A DNA stretch of 64,000 nucleotides from assembly GCA_021731145.1 (NCBI GenBank), contig JAKFXX010000007.1:5653-69652 (forward strand). The letters run 5' to 3'. Every line of letters begins with the position of its first letter. The stretch's first letter is position 1. This document shows, piece after piece, positions 48,820 to 60,068 of this stretch. Under the pieces are notes generated by a model. It saw only the letters and a list, made by a program, of their open reading frames with translations, had not been told where the DNA came from and did not search any database. A program made the position numbers and the translations under genes. The DNA comes from Gammaproteobacteria bacterium (GTDB lineage Bacteria > Pseudomonadota > Gammaproteobacteria > Ga0077554 > Ga007554).

Positions 48820-50244
48820 ATGGCAGTTGCAAAGAAATACAGCGCCGGCGTTAAAGAGTACCGTCAAACGTACTGGATGCCGGAATACACCCCTCTGGAC
48901 ACCGATATCCTGGCCTGCTTCAAGATCACCCCGCAACCCGGCGTGGATCGTGAAGAGGCTGCCGCTGCCGTGGCTGCTGAATCTTCTACCGGTACCTGGA
49001 CCACGGTGTGGACCGATTTGCTGACCGACATGGATTACTACAAAGGCCGCGCTTACCGCATCGAAGACGTGCCTGGCGACGATACCTGCTATTACGCCTT
49101 CATCGCCTACCCCATCGACCTGTTCGAAGAAGGCTCCGTGGTCAACGTGTTCACCTCGCTGGTGGGTAACGTGTTCGGCTTCAAGGCCGTGCGTGCGCTG
49201 CGTTTGGAAGACGTGCGCTTCCCCATCGCCTACGTCAAGACCTGCGGCGGCCCGCCCATGGGTATCCAGGTTGAACGCGACATCATGAACAAGTATGGCC
49301 GTCCTTTGCTGGGTTGCACCATCAAGCCCAAGCTCGGTCTGTCCGCCAAGAACTACGGCCGCGCCGTATACGAATGTCTGCGCGGTGGTCTGGATTTCAC
49401 CAAGGACGACGAGAACATCAACAGCCAGCCATTCATGCGCTGGAGACAGCGTTTTGACTTCGTGCAAGAAGCGACCATCAAGGCAGAGCGTGAGACCGGC
49501 GAGCGTAAAGGCCACTACCTGAACGTAACGGCTCCTACCCCGGAAGAGATGTACAAGCGTGCCGAGCACGCCAAAGACATCGGCGCGCCGATCATCATGC
49601 ACGATTACATCACTGGCGGTTTCTGCGCCAACACGGGTCTGGCCAACTGGTGCCGTGACAACGGCATGTTGCTGCACATCCATCGCGCCATGCACGCCGT
49701 GCTTGATCGCAACCCGCACCACGGTATTCACTTCCGCGTGTTGGCCAAGATCCTGCGCCTGTCCGGCGGTGACCATCTGCACACCGGTACTGTGGTTGGC
49801 AAGCTTGAAGGCGACCGTGAAGCGACCCTGGGCTGGATTGACATTCTGCGTGAGTCTTTCATTCCTGAAGACCGTTCGCGCGGCATTTTCTTTGATCAGG
49901 ACTGGGGCTCCATGCCCGGCGTGTTCGCCGTGGCTTCGGGCGGCATCCACGTCTGGCACATGCCTGCGCTGGTTAGCATCTTTGGCGATGACTCCGTGCT
50001 GCAGTTCGGTGGCGGCACCTTGGGCCATCCCTGGGGCAACGCGGCGGGCGCAGCAGCAAACCGCGTAGCACTGGAAGCCTGCGTGAAGGCACGTAACGAA
50101 GGTGTTGAGATCGAGAAGGCTGGCAAGGAAATCCTGACCAAGGCCGCTCAGAGCAGCCCCGAACTGAAGATCGCCATGGAAACATGGAAAGAGATCAAGT
50201 TCGAGTTCGACACCGTCGACAAGCTGGACGTGGCACACAAGTAA
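48820..50244 (+). CDS. cbbL: RuBisCO large subunit, form IA (green-type)
   Basis: 474 aa. [45 protein letters not shown] (carbamyl-Lys region), [11 protein letters not shown]. Confidence 0.96.
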   Translation: MAVAKKYSAGVKEYRQTYWMPEYTPLDTDILACFKITPQPGVDREEAAAAVAAESSTGTWTTVWTDLLTDMDYYKGRAYRIEDVPGDDTCYYAFIAYPIDLFEEGSVVNVFTSLVGNVFGFKAVRALRLEDVRFPIAYVKTCGGPPMGIQVERDIMNKYGRPLLGCTIKPKLGLSAKNYGRAVYECLRGGLDFTKDDENINSQPFMRWRQRFDFVQEATIKAERETGERKGHYLNVTAPTPEEMYKRAEHAKDIGAPIIMHDYITGGFCANTGLANWCRDNGMLLHIHRAMHAVLDRNPHHGIHFRVLAKILRLSGGDHLHTGTVVGKLEGDREATLGWIDILRESFIPEDRSRGIFFDQDWGSMPGVFAVASGGIHVWHMPALVSIFGDDSVLQFGGGTLGHPWGNAAGAAANRVALEACVKARNEGVEIEKAGKEILTKAAQSSPELKIAMETWKEIKFEFDTVDKLDVAHK

Positions 50245-50339
50245 GCGCGCACATGCGGGGGCGGAGCTTGTCAGCGATTGATCGCGGTCAAGGCCGCTCC
50301 TGCAATTCCATAGCACACAGAATTGAGGAGTTTTAAAAA

Positions 50340-50696
50340 ATGAGCGAAATGCAAGATTACAAATCACGCTTGAGCGATCCCGCCAGCCGCAAGTTCGAGA
50401 CCTTCTCCTACCTGCCGGCGATGACATCTGACGAAATCAAAAAGCAGGTGGAATATCTCGTTAAAAAAGGTTGGAATCCGGCTGTTGAGCACGTCGAGCC
50501 AGAAAACCTGATGGATGACTACTGGTATATGTGGAAGCTGCCGATGTTCGGCGAGACCGATATCAGCAAAATCCTGGCCGAGGTCGAGGCTTGCCGCAGG
50601 GCCAACCCCGACAACCACATCCGCCTGATTGGGTATGACAATTTTGCCCAGTCCCAGGGTGCTGCCATGGTTGTTTACCGCGGTAAGACGGTTTAA
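50340..50696 (+). CDS. cbbS: RuBisCO small subunit, form IA
   Basis: 118 aa. [33 protein letters not shown]...[11 protein letters not shown]...[12 protein letters not shown]. Confidence 0.93.
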   Translation: MSEMQDYKSRLSDPASRKFETFSYLPAMTSDEIKKQVEYLVKKGWNPAVEHVEPENLMDDYWYMWKLPMFGETDISKILAEVEACRRANPDNHIRLIGYDNFAQSQGAAMVVYRGKTV

Positions 50697-50713
50697 ATCT
50701 GCAAGGGCGGTGA

Positions 50714-50769
50714 CCCCGCCCCTGCATGTAAAGAGCCCTCGTTGCCGCAAGGTGGCGGGGGTTTTTTTT
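50714..50769 (+). terminator. Probable intrinsic terminator/attenuator between cbbS and cbbQ
   Basis: CCCCGCC (50714-50720) pairs with GGCGGGG (50754-50760), followed by T8 (50762-50769). An additional hairpin sits at 50701-50725. Confidence 0.55.
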
Positions 50770-50870
50770 AGAAATGAGTTTAACCGCCAAGTCGCCAAGA
50801 ATTTTGCATTTTGGGTCTTGGGTAGCGCTCTTGACGCCTTGGCTGTTAAACATTCTGGAGCAAGTGAACC

Positions 50871-51674
50871 ATGAACGACGTGATCAAGCAGTACCTGATA
50901 ACCGAAAAACCCTATTATCACCCGGTTGCGGATGAAATCGAGCTGTATGAGGCGGCCTATTCCGTGCGCATGCCGATGATGCTGAAAGGCCCAACCGGCT
51001 GCGGCAAGACCCGCTTTGTCGAATATATCGCGTGGAAACTCGGCAAGCCGCTGATCACCGTCGCTTGTAATGAAGACATGACGGCCTCCGATCTGGTCGG
51101 GCGCTTCCTGCTCGATGCCAGCGGCACGCGCTGGCAGGACGGGCCGCTCGCTATCGCCGCCCGTTATGGTGCGATCTGCTACCTTGATGAAGTCGTCGAG
51201 GCACGCCAGGACACCACGGTGGTGATACATCCGCTCACCGATGCGCGCCGTATGCTGCCGCTGGAGAAGAAAGGCGAGTTGGTGCAGGCCCATCCCGATT
51301 TTCAGTTGGTGATCTCCTATAATCCGGGCTATCAGAGCTTGATGAAAGATCTGAAGCAATCCACCAAGCAACGTTTCGGTGCGCTGGATTTCAACTATCC
51401 GTCGCATGATGTCGAAACCGAGATCGTGGCGCACGAAACCGGCGTCAGCAATGATGTCGCAGGCAAACTGGTGAGCATCGCCGAGCGTGCCCGCAACCTC
51501 AAGGGGCATGGCCTGGATGAAGGCATCTCCACGCGTATGCTGGTATACGCAGGTTCGCTCATCGCCAAGGGTGTGGATGCCAAGTCCGCCTGTCTTGTGA
51601 CACTGGTGCGGCCGATTACCGACGATCCCGATATGCGCGATGCGCTGGACTCGGCGGTAACGACGTTTTTTTAA
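50871..51674 (+). CDS. cbbQ: RuBisCO activase subunit CbbQ (MoxR-type AAA+)
   Basis: 267 aa. Walker A GPTGCGKT, Walker [10 protein letters not shown]. Follows cbbLS. Confidence 0.92.
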   Translation: MNDVIKQYLITEKPYYHPVADEIELYEAAYSVRMPMMLKGPTGCGKTRFVEYIAWKLGKPLITVACNEDMTASDLVGRFLLDASGTRWQDGPLAIAARYGAICYLDEVVEARQDTTVVIHPLTDARRMLPLEKKGELVQAHPDFQLVISYNPGYQSLMKDLKQSTKQRFGALDFNYPSHDVETEIVAHETGVSNDVAGKLVSIAERARNLKGHGLDEGISTRMLVYAGSLIAKGVDAKSACLVTLVRPITDDPDMRDALDSAVTTFF

Positions 51675-51763
51675 GGTTCAGGAATCCGGGAGGACGGTGA
51701 AGGCCGTCCCCCCGGGCGCGATTCGACCTGCACACTGATCCCCGACTTCTGGACACTTAAAAA

Positions 51764-54094
51764 ATGGCAATCAATCTCGACGATTATCAAGATATCCTCG
51801 ACGAACTGGGTGAGCATGCCGCCGAAGTGTTGCGTTCTTCGTGGCAGGAGGCGACCAAGGTGTTCAGCCCCCGGGGGCTGGAAGATTACCTGCAAGGCGC
51901 AAAGGGCCTGAAAAACCTTGGGCGCGGCATCGAGCTGGTGGTCACCTATATTCAGGAGGCACCGGAGGTGGCGCGGGAAATCGGCGAGGATGCCGTGCCT
52001 GATCTGGTGCAAACCGCCATGATGATGGCGTCCAAGACCAGCGGTGCAGTGATCGAGATGATTTTCGCCACCGCGCCTGTCGCCGCCAAGCGTTTGGGTG
52101 ATGAGCAGCTATTCCGCGGTTACCTGCAATTGCTCAATCACCTGATTGCCCAGGCGCCGCGTGGGCTGCGCCCGATGCTGGACAAGCTTGACGTGCTGTT
52201 CGGCCAGCTCACCCTGGGTGGTCTGCGGCGCTGGGCGCTATGGGGCGCGCAGGCGCACCGCACCGATTATCCCGAGCAGGTCCGGTATTTCGGGCTGGAA
52301 AGCAAAGAAGCGCTGGCGGTGCTGCAAAAAGAGCGCAAGGGTACGTTGTTCGTGGATGTGCAGCGGCGCATCAACATCTACTTGCGCGCCTTGTGGGGCC
52401 GGGATTTCTTTATGCGCCCCACCAGCGGCGATTTCGAGAACCGCGAGGGTTACCAGCCCTTCATCGAGAACTATTTCATTCACCTGCCGGATGCCTACGA
52501 TGATTTCGAGGGCATCCCCGGCCTGGAGCTCTACCGCGCCACGGCGGCGCATGCCGCTGCCCATATCGTTTACTCACGCACGCCAATCTCTGCGGAAAGC
52601 TTGAGTCCGCTGCAAATGGCGGTGGTCTCTGTCATCGAGGACGCGCGGGTGGAGCAGCTCGCGATCAACGCCTTCCCCGGCTTGCGCCAACTGTGGGCTG
52701 CGCTTCATAACACCACCCCTGACCAGCAGGCAAGCGTGGGTGATTTTCTCAATCGCCTGGCGCGGGCGCTGCTCGATCCCGACTATCATGACGATCATGC
52801 GTGGGTTCAAAAGGGCCGTGACCTGTTTCGGCAGGCACAGGAAAACCTCGCCGATAACCGGATCTCCTGGGACATCGGTGTTGCCTTGGCGCATGATTTT
52901 GCGCAGATGCGCCTCGCCTCATTTAATCCTCGCACCGATGTGTTGCGCGCGCTCTACCGCGATGACAACCGTTATTTCTGGGAATTCGAGGAGTTCGATT
53001 TTGCCAAAAGCCTGGAGGCCACCTGGGGCGCGGCCAAGCAGGTGCGCAAGCATGTCAGCCTGATGGAGTTCGTCAACGAAGTCGAGGTGGAGACGGCGGG
53101 CGATGACGCCGAGGAAATCTGGGTGCTGCCCACGGAGCTGTTCCCCTACGAGGACGAGGGTAAGAGCTATAATGAAATGGAAGGCAAGGAGCCGGTCTCC
53201 CCGCCCTATCACTACCACGAATGGGATTATCAGATCCAGTTGGAGCGCCCGAGTTGGTGTACGTTGCTGGAAAAGCGTCCCCAGCTTGGTGATTTGGCCG
53301 TTGTCGATGACATTGTGGCGAAGAATAAGCCCATCATCAGCCGTTTGAAATATCTGATCGAGGCTATGCAGCCGCAGGGTGTGCAGCGCTTGCGCAAGCA
53401 GGAGGACGGCGACGAAATCGACATCAACGCCGCGATTCGCGCCATGATCGAAATACGCCAGGGCGAGATGCCCGACCCGCGCATCATGATGCGCAATATC
53501 CGCAAGGTGCGTGATCTGTCGGTGCTGGTGCTGCTGGATCTGTCCGAGTCCACCAACGAGCTGGTGCGCGGTTCGGAGAGTTCGGTGCTCTCGCTGTCAC
53601 GCGAGGCCACAGTGCTACTCGCCGATGCCATGAACAAGATCGGCGATCCGTTTGCCATTCATGGGTTCTCATCCAATGGCCGCCATGACGTGGAATACTA
53701 CCGCTTCAAGGATTTCGGCGCGCCTTATGACGAGAAAGCCAGGGCCAGAATCGCGGGCATGACCGGGCAACTCTCAACGCGCATGGGCACGGCGATCCGC
53801 CATGCCGGCCAGTTCCTGAAGTATCAGTCGTCCAGCAAAAAACTGCTGCTGGTGATCACCGATGGCGAGCCTGCCGATGTCGATGTGCGCGACCCGCAAT
53901 ACCTGCGCTTCGATGCCAAAAAATCGGTGGAAGAGATGAATCGCAATGGTATTCTCACCTATTGCATGAGCCTCGATCCCCACGCCGACCAGTATGTGTC
54001 ACGCATTTTCGGCGCGAAAAACTTCATGGTGGTGGATCATGTGCAGCGCCTGCCGGAGAAACTGCCGATGCTGTATATGGGGCTGACGCGGTAG
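51764..54094 (+). CDS. cbbO: RuBisCO activase adaptor CbbO (C-terminal VWA domain)
   Basis: 776 aa. VWA/MIDAS region VLVLLDLSESTN...ITDGEPAD. Follows cbbQ. Confidence 0.9.
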   Translation: MAINLDDYQDILDELGEHAAEVLRSSWQEATKVFSPRGLEDYLQGAKGLKNLGRGIELVVTYIQEAPEVAREIGEDAVPDLVQTAMMMASKTSGAVIEMIFATAPVAAKRLGDEQLFRGYLQLLNHLIAQAPRGLRPMLDKLDVLFGQLTLGGLRRWALWGAQAHRTDYPEQVRYFGLESKEALAVLQKERKGTLFVDVQRRINIYLRALWGRDFFMRPTSGDFENREGYQPFIENYFIHLPDAYDDFEGIPGLELYRATAAHAAAHIVYSRTPISAESLSPLQMAVVSVIEDARVEQLAINAFPGLRQLWAALHNTTPDQQASVGDFLNRLARALLDPDYHDDHAWVQKGRDLFRQAQENLADNRISWDIGVALAHDFAQMRLASFNPRTDVLRALYRDDNRYFWEFEEFDFAKSLEATWGAAKQVRKHVSLMEFVNEVEVETAGDDAEEIWVLPTELFPYEDEGKSYNEMEGKEPVSPPYHYHEWDYQIQLERPSWCTLLEKRPQLGDLAVVDDIVAKNKPIISRLKYLIEAMQPQGVQRLRKQEDGDEIDINAAIRAMIEIRQGEMPDPRIMMRNIRKVRDLSVLVLLDLSESTNELVRGSESSVLSLSREATVLLADAMNKIGDPFAIHGFSSNGRHDVEYYRFKDFGAPYDEKARARIAGMTGQLSTRMGTAIRHAGQFLKYQSSSKKLLLVITDGEPADVDVRDPQYLRFDAKKSVEEMNRNGILTYCMSLDPHADQYVSRIFGAKNFMVVDHVQRLPEKLPMLYMGLTR

Positions 54095-54253
54095 TTGATT
54101 TGGCCACGGAGGCACAGAGGACACGGAGCAGCAGGTCAGGTTGGTGCGTCGTGGTTGCCTGACCTGCGCCTTACGCTTTCTTCTTGACCCAGGATCACCG
54201 ATAATTCCCAGTAAGATCTGCCTGCATTTTTTTCTTCATCAAGGAATAAAACC

Positions 54254-55927
54254 ATGTCCGACAATCGTAGAAGCAAAGCAATCACCCAAGGCGTACAGCG
54301 CTCCCCCAATCGCGCCATGCTGCGCGCGGTGGGCTTTACCAACGGAGACTTCGACAAGCCTATCGTCGGCATCTCCAATGCCCACAGCACCATTACCCCG
54401 TGCAATATGGGCATAGGCAGCCTCGCAGCGCGCGCAGAGCAGGCTCTAAAGAGGGCGGGTGCGATGCCGCAGATGTTTGGGACCATCACCATTTCCGATG
54501 GCATATCCATGGGCACGGAAGGCATGAAATATTCGCTGGTGTCACGCGAGGTGATTGCGGACTCCATCGAAACCGTGTGCAACGGCCAGAGCATGGACGG
54601 TGTCATCGCTATTGGTGGTTGCGACAAAAACATGCCTGGCGCAATGATTGCCATCTCCCGATTGAATATTCCCGCGATTTTCGTGTACGGAGGCACCATC
54701 AAACCCGGCCATTACCGTGGGCGCGATCTTACCGTGGTGAGTGCTTTTGAGGCGGTAGGTCAATTCACCGCGCATAAAATCGACGAAGAAGAATTGACGG
54801 GTATCGAGCGCAACGCTTGTCCCGGTGCTGGCTCATGCGGCGGCATGTTTACCGCCAATACCATGTCGTCGGCCTTTGAAGCGATGGGCATGAGTCTGCC
54901 GTATTCCTCCACCATGGCGGCGGAAGATGCAGAGAAGGCCGAAAATACGGCCAAATCCGCCGAAGTGCTGGTGCAAGCCATCAAAAAACAAATTCTGCCC
55001 CTCGACATCATCACCCGCAAGTCTATCGAAAACGCTATCGCCGTCATCATGGCCGTAGGCGGTTCCACCAATGCCGTGCTGCACTTCCTGGCGATTGCGC
55101 ATACCGCCGGGGTGGAATTGAGCATTGATGACTTTGAAACAATGCGTGGCCGTGTGCCGGTGCTGTGTGACCTGAAGCCTTCCGGCAAATATGTGGCGAC
55201 AGATCTGCATCGTGCGGGTGGCGTGCCGCAAGTCATGAAGATGCTGCTTGATCACGGCCTGCTGCACGGCGATGCACTCACCATCACCGGCCAGACCATT
55301 GCCGAAGTATTGAAAGACATACCCGCCGAGCCACGCGCCGATCAGGATGTGATTCGCCCCTGGAACAACCCCATGTACGCACAAGGGCATCTTGCGGTGC
55401 TCAAAGGCAATCTGGCAACCGAAGGCGCTGTGGCCAAAATTACCGGCGTGAAAAACGCCAAAATCACCGGCCCGGCGCGCGTGTATGACTCCGAGGAAGC
55501 CTGCATGCAGGCCGTCCTCGATCAAAAAATCAAGGCAGGCGATGTGGTGGTGGTCCGTTACGAAGGCCCGAAAGGCGGCCCCGGTATGCGCGAAATGCTC
55601 TCCCCTACCTCCGCCATCATCGGTGCAGGATTGGGTGACAGCGTCGGCCTCATTACGGATGGACGTTTCTCCGGTGGCACCTACGGCATGGTCGTCGGCC
55701 ATGTCGCCCCCGAAGCGGCGGTGGGCGGCACCATCGCTTTAGTGCAGGAAGGCGACAGCATCACCATAGATGCCGAAGCGCGCCTATTGCAACTCAACGT
55801 CTCCGACGAAGAGCTCGCATGCCGCCGTGCAAGCTGGCAAGCGCCCAAGCCCCGTTACACCACCGGCGTGTTGGCGAAATACGCCAAGCTGGTATCCAGC
55901 GCCAGCAAAGGCGCGGTAACGGATTGA
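54254..55927 (+). CDS. ilvD: Dihydroxy-acid dehydratase
   Basis: 557 aa. [22 protein letters not shown] and ITDGRFSGG signatures. Confidence 0.95.
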   Translation: MSDNRRSKAITQGVQRSPNRAMLRAVGFTNGDFDKPIVGISNAHSTITPCNMGIGSLAARAEQALKRAGAMPQMFGTITISDGISMGTEGMKYSLVSREVIADSIETVCNGQSMDGVIAIGGCDKNMPGAMIAISRLNIPAIFVYGGTIKPGHYRGRDLTVVSAFEAVGQFTAHKIDEEELTGIERNACPGAGSCGGMFTANTMSSAFEAMGMSLPYSSTMAAEDAEKAENTAKSAEVLVQAIKKQILPLDIITRKSIENAIAVIMAVGGSTNAVLHFLAIAHTAGVELSIDDFETMRGRVPVLCDLKPSGKYVATDLHRAGGVPQVMKMLLDHGLLHGDALTITGQTIAEVLKDIPAEPRADQDVIRPWNNPMYAQGHLAVLKGNLATEGAVAKITGVKNAKITGPARVYDSEEACMQAVLDQKIKAGDVVVVRYEGPKGGPGMREMLSPTSAIIGAGLGDSVGLITDGRFSGGTYGMVVGHVAPEAAVGGTIALVQEGDSITIDAEARLLQLNVSDEELACRRASWQAPKPRYTTGVLAKYAKLVSSASKGAVTD

Positions 55928-56079
55928 GGTGATGCTTTCAGCTTCGTTTTTCAGTCTGCCCCGCGCCCTGAAAAACGAAGCTGCACATCATCGGTACACC
56001 GCTCGTGTGGAGGCGGGGGCATCAATCCCGGGAGCACATCTCCGTTCTGAGTCCCTTTTTCCGGTAACCGTCCTTCCCC

Positions 56080-59000
56080 GTGCAACCTCAATTCGATATC
56101 CTCTCTGCCGCGCTTGACGCGTGTATGCTTGCCGATCAACAGCCGTTGCGACGCCGTCTTGACCGGTTGTACCGCGACCATACCGCAGGGCGGTTGAGAC
56201 CAGAGGCCTATGCAGGCCTGAGCGCTGCGATAGACGCTTCGAGAGAGCGCCGTGCGCGGCGGCTGGCGGCCTTGCCGATGCCGGAATTCCCCGCAGATCT
56301 GCCCGTCAGCGAACAGCGGGAGAAGATCGCTGCGGCAATCCGTGATCATCAGGTGGTGATCGTGTGTGGCGAGACCGGCTCCGGCAAGACCACGCAATTG
56401 CCCAAGATCTGCCTGTCCCTGGGCAGGGGAGCGGCGGGCTATATCGGCCACACCCAGCCACGGCGTATCGCGGCACGTAGCGTGGCAATGCGCATCGCCA
56501 GTGAGCTGCACAGCGAATTGGGTGGCCTGGTGGGTTACAAGGTGCGCTTTCACGATAAAACCAGCGACGCGGCTTGCATCAAGCTGATGACTGACGGCAT
56601 CCTGCTCGCCGAGACACAGGGTGACCCGAACCTTACCCAATACGATACCATCATCATTGACGAGGCCCATGAACGCAGCCTCAACATCGACTTCCTGCTC
56701 GGCTATTTCAAGCAACTGCTGCCCAAGCGTCCCGATCTCAAACTGATCATCACCTCGGCGACCATCGACCCGGAGCGTTTTGCCCGGCACTTTAGCGGCG
56801 CCCCCATCATCACGGTAAGCGGCCGCAGCTATCCGGTGGAGATGCGCTACCGTCCGCTGCTGGCCGAAAACGAAGACCAGCAAGACCGTGACGTACAGCA
56901 AGCGATTCTCGACGCTGTGGACGAACTATCGCGCCTGGGGCCGGGCGATATCCTGATCTTCCTGAGCGGCGAGCGCGAGATACGCGAGACGGCGGAAAAC
57001 CTGCGCAAGCACCATCCGCCCCACACTGAAATCCTGCCGCTCTATGCGCGCCTCAACGCCGCCGAACAGGAGCAGGTGTTTCACCCCCACACCGGTCGCC
57101 GCATCGTGCTCGCCACTAACGTGGCCGAGACCTCGCTCACCGTGCCGGGCATCCGTTACGTCATAGACCCTGGCCATGCACGCGTCAGCCGCTACAATCC
57201 GCGCACCAAGGTGCAGCGCCTGCCCATCGAGCCAATCTCGCAAGCGGCGGCGGATCAGCGTGCAGGCCGCTGCGGCCGCGTGAGCAGCGGTGTGTGCATC
57301 CGTCTTTATTCTGAACAGGATTATGAGTTGCGGCCACGCCACACCGATCCCGAAATCCGGCGCGCCAATCTGGCACAGGTGATTTTGCAGATGAAGGCGC
57401 TGCAATTACACGAGATCGAGCACTTTCCGTTCATGGACCCGCCCGACTCACGTCATATCAAGGACGGTTATCAGACGCTGATCGAACTGGGCGCGCTGGA
57501 TGAGCAGCGCCACCTCACCGAACTGGGCCGCCAGCTCGCCAAGCTCCCCGCCGATCCGCGCATCGGACGCATGATCCTCGCGGCACGTGATGAACACTGC
57601 CTGAGCGAGGCCTTGATCATCGCGGCCGCCTTGAGCATCGCCGATCCGCGCGAGCGCCCTTTGGAGTCTCAACAACAGGCCGACGCCTGCCACCGTGCTT
57701 TCAGCGACGAGCACTCGGATTTCCTGAGTTATCCCAGACTGTGGGACGCCTATGAAGAACAGGCGCGCCACTTGTCCCAAGCCAAGCTGCGCCGCTGGTG
57801 CGCCGAGCGCTACCTGTCCTATGTGCGCATGCGTGAGTGGCGCGACATCCATACCCAGCTCTATACCGTGACAAAAGAGATCGGCCTGCGCCTCAACGAC
57901 ATCCCCGCCGACTATGCCGCTATCCATCGCGCCCTGCTGGCGGGACTGCTTGGCAATATCGCCATCAAGGGCGACGATCGCGAATATCTGGGAGCGCGCA
58001 ACACCAAGCTCACCCTCTTTCCCGGCTCGTCCCTCCACAAAAAGCCGCCCAAGTGGATCATGGCCGCCGAACTGGTGGAGACTGCGCGCCTCTATGCCCG
58101 CACCGTGGCGCGTATCGAGCCGGAGTGGCTGGAGCGCGTCGGCGCGCATCTGTTGCGGCGCAGTTATTTCGAGCCGCATTGGGAGAAAGGCAGCGCCCAG
58201 GTGGTGGCCTATGAACGTGTCGTACTGTTCGGCCTCACCGTGGTTGAAAAACGTCGCATAGTCTTCGGCGCCATTGATCCGGTAACGGCGCGCGATATCT
58301 TCATCCGCGCCGCCTTGGTCCAGTGCGAATACCGCACCAATGCGCCGTTCTTTACACACAATCGCGATTTACTCACGGAAGTCGAGGAGCTGGAGCACAA
58401 ACAACGGCGGCGTGATCTTGTCATCGACGAGCATCAGCTCTATGCGTTCTACGATGCGCGTATCCCCGAAGGGATCTACAATGGCCCGCTGTTCGAGCGC
58501 TGGCGCAAGGAGCAAGAGCGCACCCATCCGCGCCTGCTGTTCATGACACGCGAAGACCTTATGAACGAGGGCGCAGTGGCCGCGAGTGCGGAGCAGTTTC
58601 CCACGCATCTGGAGCTGCAAGGCCTGCGCTTGCAACTGGAATACCGCTTCGAGCCAGGCCATGAGGAAGATGGCGTCACCGTTATCGTCCCCGTCTCGGT
58701 GCTCAACCAGCTCCAGCCCGCCCGCTTCGATTGGCTGGTGCCTGGGCTGCTGCGCGAAAAGGTCACAGCCCTGCTCAAGTCCCTGCCGCAAGGGCTGCGC
58801 CGCCACTTCGTACCCGTGCCCAACTATGCCGACATCTGCCTGCAAACCCTGGCGCCTGGCACGCAAACCCTGATTCAATCCATTGCTGCCATTCTGGGCA
58901 AAATCACAGGGATAGAAATCCCACCTGATGCCTGGCGCGCGGATGCGCTGCCCGCCCATCTGCGCATGAACTTCAAGGTGGTGGACGCCCATGGCAAGGT

Positions 59001-59940
59001 CATTGCCTTGGGGCGCGACCTGGCTACCCTGCAACAGGGCCATCGCGTGCAGGCCCAGGCCGCATTTGCCGAATTGCCGCGCAGCACCTATGGCCGCAGC
59101 GGGATTACCGCCTGGGACTTCGGCGAGCTGCCTGAGCAAATCGAATTCCAGCGCGACGGCCTGACACTCATTGGCTACCCCGCGCTGGCCGAAGAGGGCG
59201 ATGCCGTGGCATTGCGCCTGTTCGACACCCGAGAGGCCGCGCACCACGCCATGCAATACGGTTTGCTGCGCCTGTATATGGCGCAACTGCCGCAACAAAT
59301 CAAATACCTGGAAAAGAACCTGCCCGGCCTGCAGGCCATGTGTCTGCACTATGTCGCGCTCGGGCGTTGCGAAGAACTCAAACAAGATCTGGTCACCGCC
59401 GCCGTCACGCGCGCCTTTCTCGACACCGCCCAACCACGCAACCAGCAAGCCTTCGAACAGCACAAGGAACAAGGCAAGGCGCGTCTGCCCTCTCTCGCCA
59501 ACGAACTGTGCGCCTGTGTCCAGGCTACGCTTGCCGAATATGCGGCGATACAAAAGGGCCTCAAGGCCCCGCTGCCCCCCGCCTGCCAGCCCGCGTTGAC
59601 CGACATCAAGGACCAACTGCAACGCCTGGTCTACCCAGGCTTCGTCACACGAACCTCATGGCCGCGCCTGCAACACCTGCCCCGCTACCTCAAGGCCATC
59701 CGCCTGCGTCTGGAAAAACTGCCGCGCAACCCCGCGCGCGATCGCCAGCTACAAAGTGAACTCGCGCCCCTCTGGCAGACGTACTGGCAACATGCCTCTG
59801 CGGCCACTCTGGAGGAATACCGCTGGCTGCTCGAAGAGCTGCGGGTATCGCTGTTCGCGCAAGAGCTTAAAACAGCAGCGCCTGTCTCGGTGAAGCGGTT
59901 ACAGAAGATGTGGCAAGAATTGCAATCACAGAAGCTCTAG
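56080..59940 (+). CDS. hrpA: ATP-dependent RNA helicase HrpA (DEAH-box)
   Basis: 1286 aa. GETGSGKTTQ, IIDEAHERS, TNVAETSLTVPG, QRAGRCGR. Long HrpA-specific C-terminal region. Confidence 0.93.
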   Translation: MQPQFDILSAALDACMLADQQPLRRRLDRLYRDHTAGRLRPEAYAGLSAAIDASRERRARRLAALPMPEFPADLPVSEQREKIAAAIRDHQVVIVCGETGSGKTTQLPKICLSLGRGAAGYIGHTQPRRIAARSVAMRIASELHSELGGLVGYKVRFHDKTSDAACIKLMTDGILLAETQGDPNLTQYDTIIIDEAHERSLNIDFLLGYFKQLLPKRPDLKLIITSATIDPERFARHFSGAPIITVSGRSYPVEMRYRPLLAENEDQQDRDVQQAILDAVDELSRLGPGDILIFLSGEREIRETAENLRKHHPPHTEILPLYARLNAAEQEQVFHPHTGRRIVLATNVAETSLTVPGIRYVIDPGHARVSRYNPRTKVQRLPIEPISQAAADQRAGRCGRVSSGVCIRLYSEQDYELRPRHTDPEIRRANLAQVILQMKALQLHEIEHFPFMDPPDSRHIKDGYQTLIELGALDEQRHLTELGRQLAKLPADPRIGRMILAARDEHCLSEALIIAAALSIADPRERPLESQQQADACHRAFSDEHSDFLSYPRLWDAYEEQARHLSQAKLRRWCAERYLSYVRMREWRDIHTQLYTVTKEIGLRLNDIPADYAAIHRALLAGLLGNIAIKGDDREYLGARNTKLTLFPGSSLHKKPPKWIMAAELVETARLYARTVARIEPEWLERVGAHLLRRSYFEPHWEKGSAQVVAYERVVLFGLTVVEKRRIVFGAIDPVTARDIFIRAALVQCEYRTNAPFFTHNRDLLTEVEELEHKQRRRDLVIDEHQLYAFYDARIPEGIYNGPLFERWRKEQERTHPRLLFMTREDLMNEGAVAASAEQFPTHLELQGLRLQLEYRFEPGHEEDGVTVIVPVSVLNQLQPARFDWLVPGLLREKVTALLKSLPQGLRRHFVPVPNYADICLQTLAPGTQTLIQSIAAILGKITGIEIPPDAWRADALPAHLRMNFKVVDAHGKVIALGRDLATLQQGHRVQAQAAFAELPRSTYGRSGITAWDFGELPEQIEFQRDGLTLIGYPALAEEGDAVALRLFDTREAAHHAMQYGLLRLYMAQLPQQIKYLEKNLPGLQAMCLHYVALGRCEELKQDLVTAAVTRAFLDTAQPRNQQAFEQHKEQGKARLPSLANELCACVQATLAEYAAIQKGLKAPLPPACQPALTDIKDQLQRLVYPGFVTRTSWPRLQHLPRYLKAIRLRLEKLPRNPARDRQLQSELAPLWQTYWQHASAATLEEYRWLLEELRVSLFAQELKTAAPVSVKRLQKMWQELQSQKL

Positions 59941-59954
59941 TACATGAACACATA

Positions 59955-60023
59955 AATCGTGCAGCATAATGCCGCACGATTGTAGGTCGGCCTTCAGGCC
60001 GACATGTCTGGCTAAAGCCAGAC
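59955..60023. repeat. Cluster of three REP-like hairpins between convergent hrpA and terC
   Basis: AATCGTGC/GCACGATT (59955-59981); GTAG + GTCGGCC-ttca-GGCCGAC (59982-60003); GTCTGGC-taaa-GCCAGAC (60006-60023). Confidence 0.75.
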
Positions 60024-60068
60024 CCACATGGGATTCGGATCATGTTTCGTAATGTATAATTTCATGTG

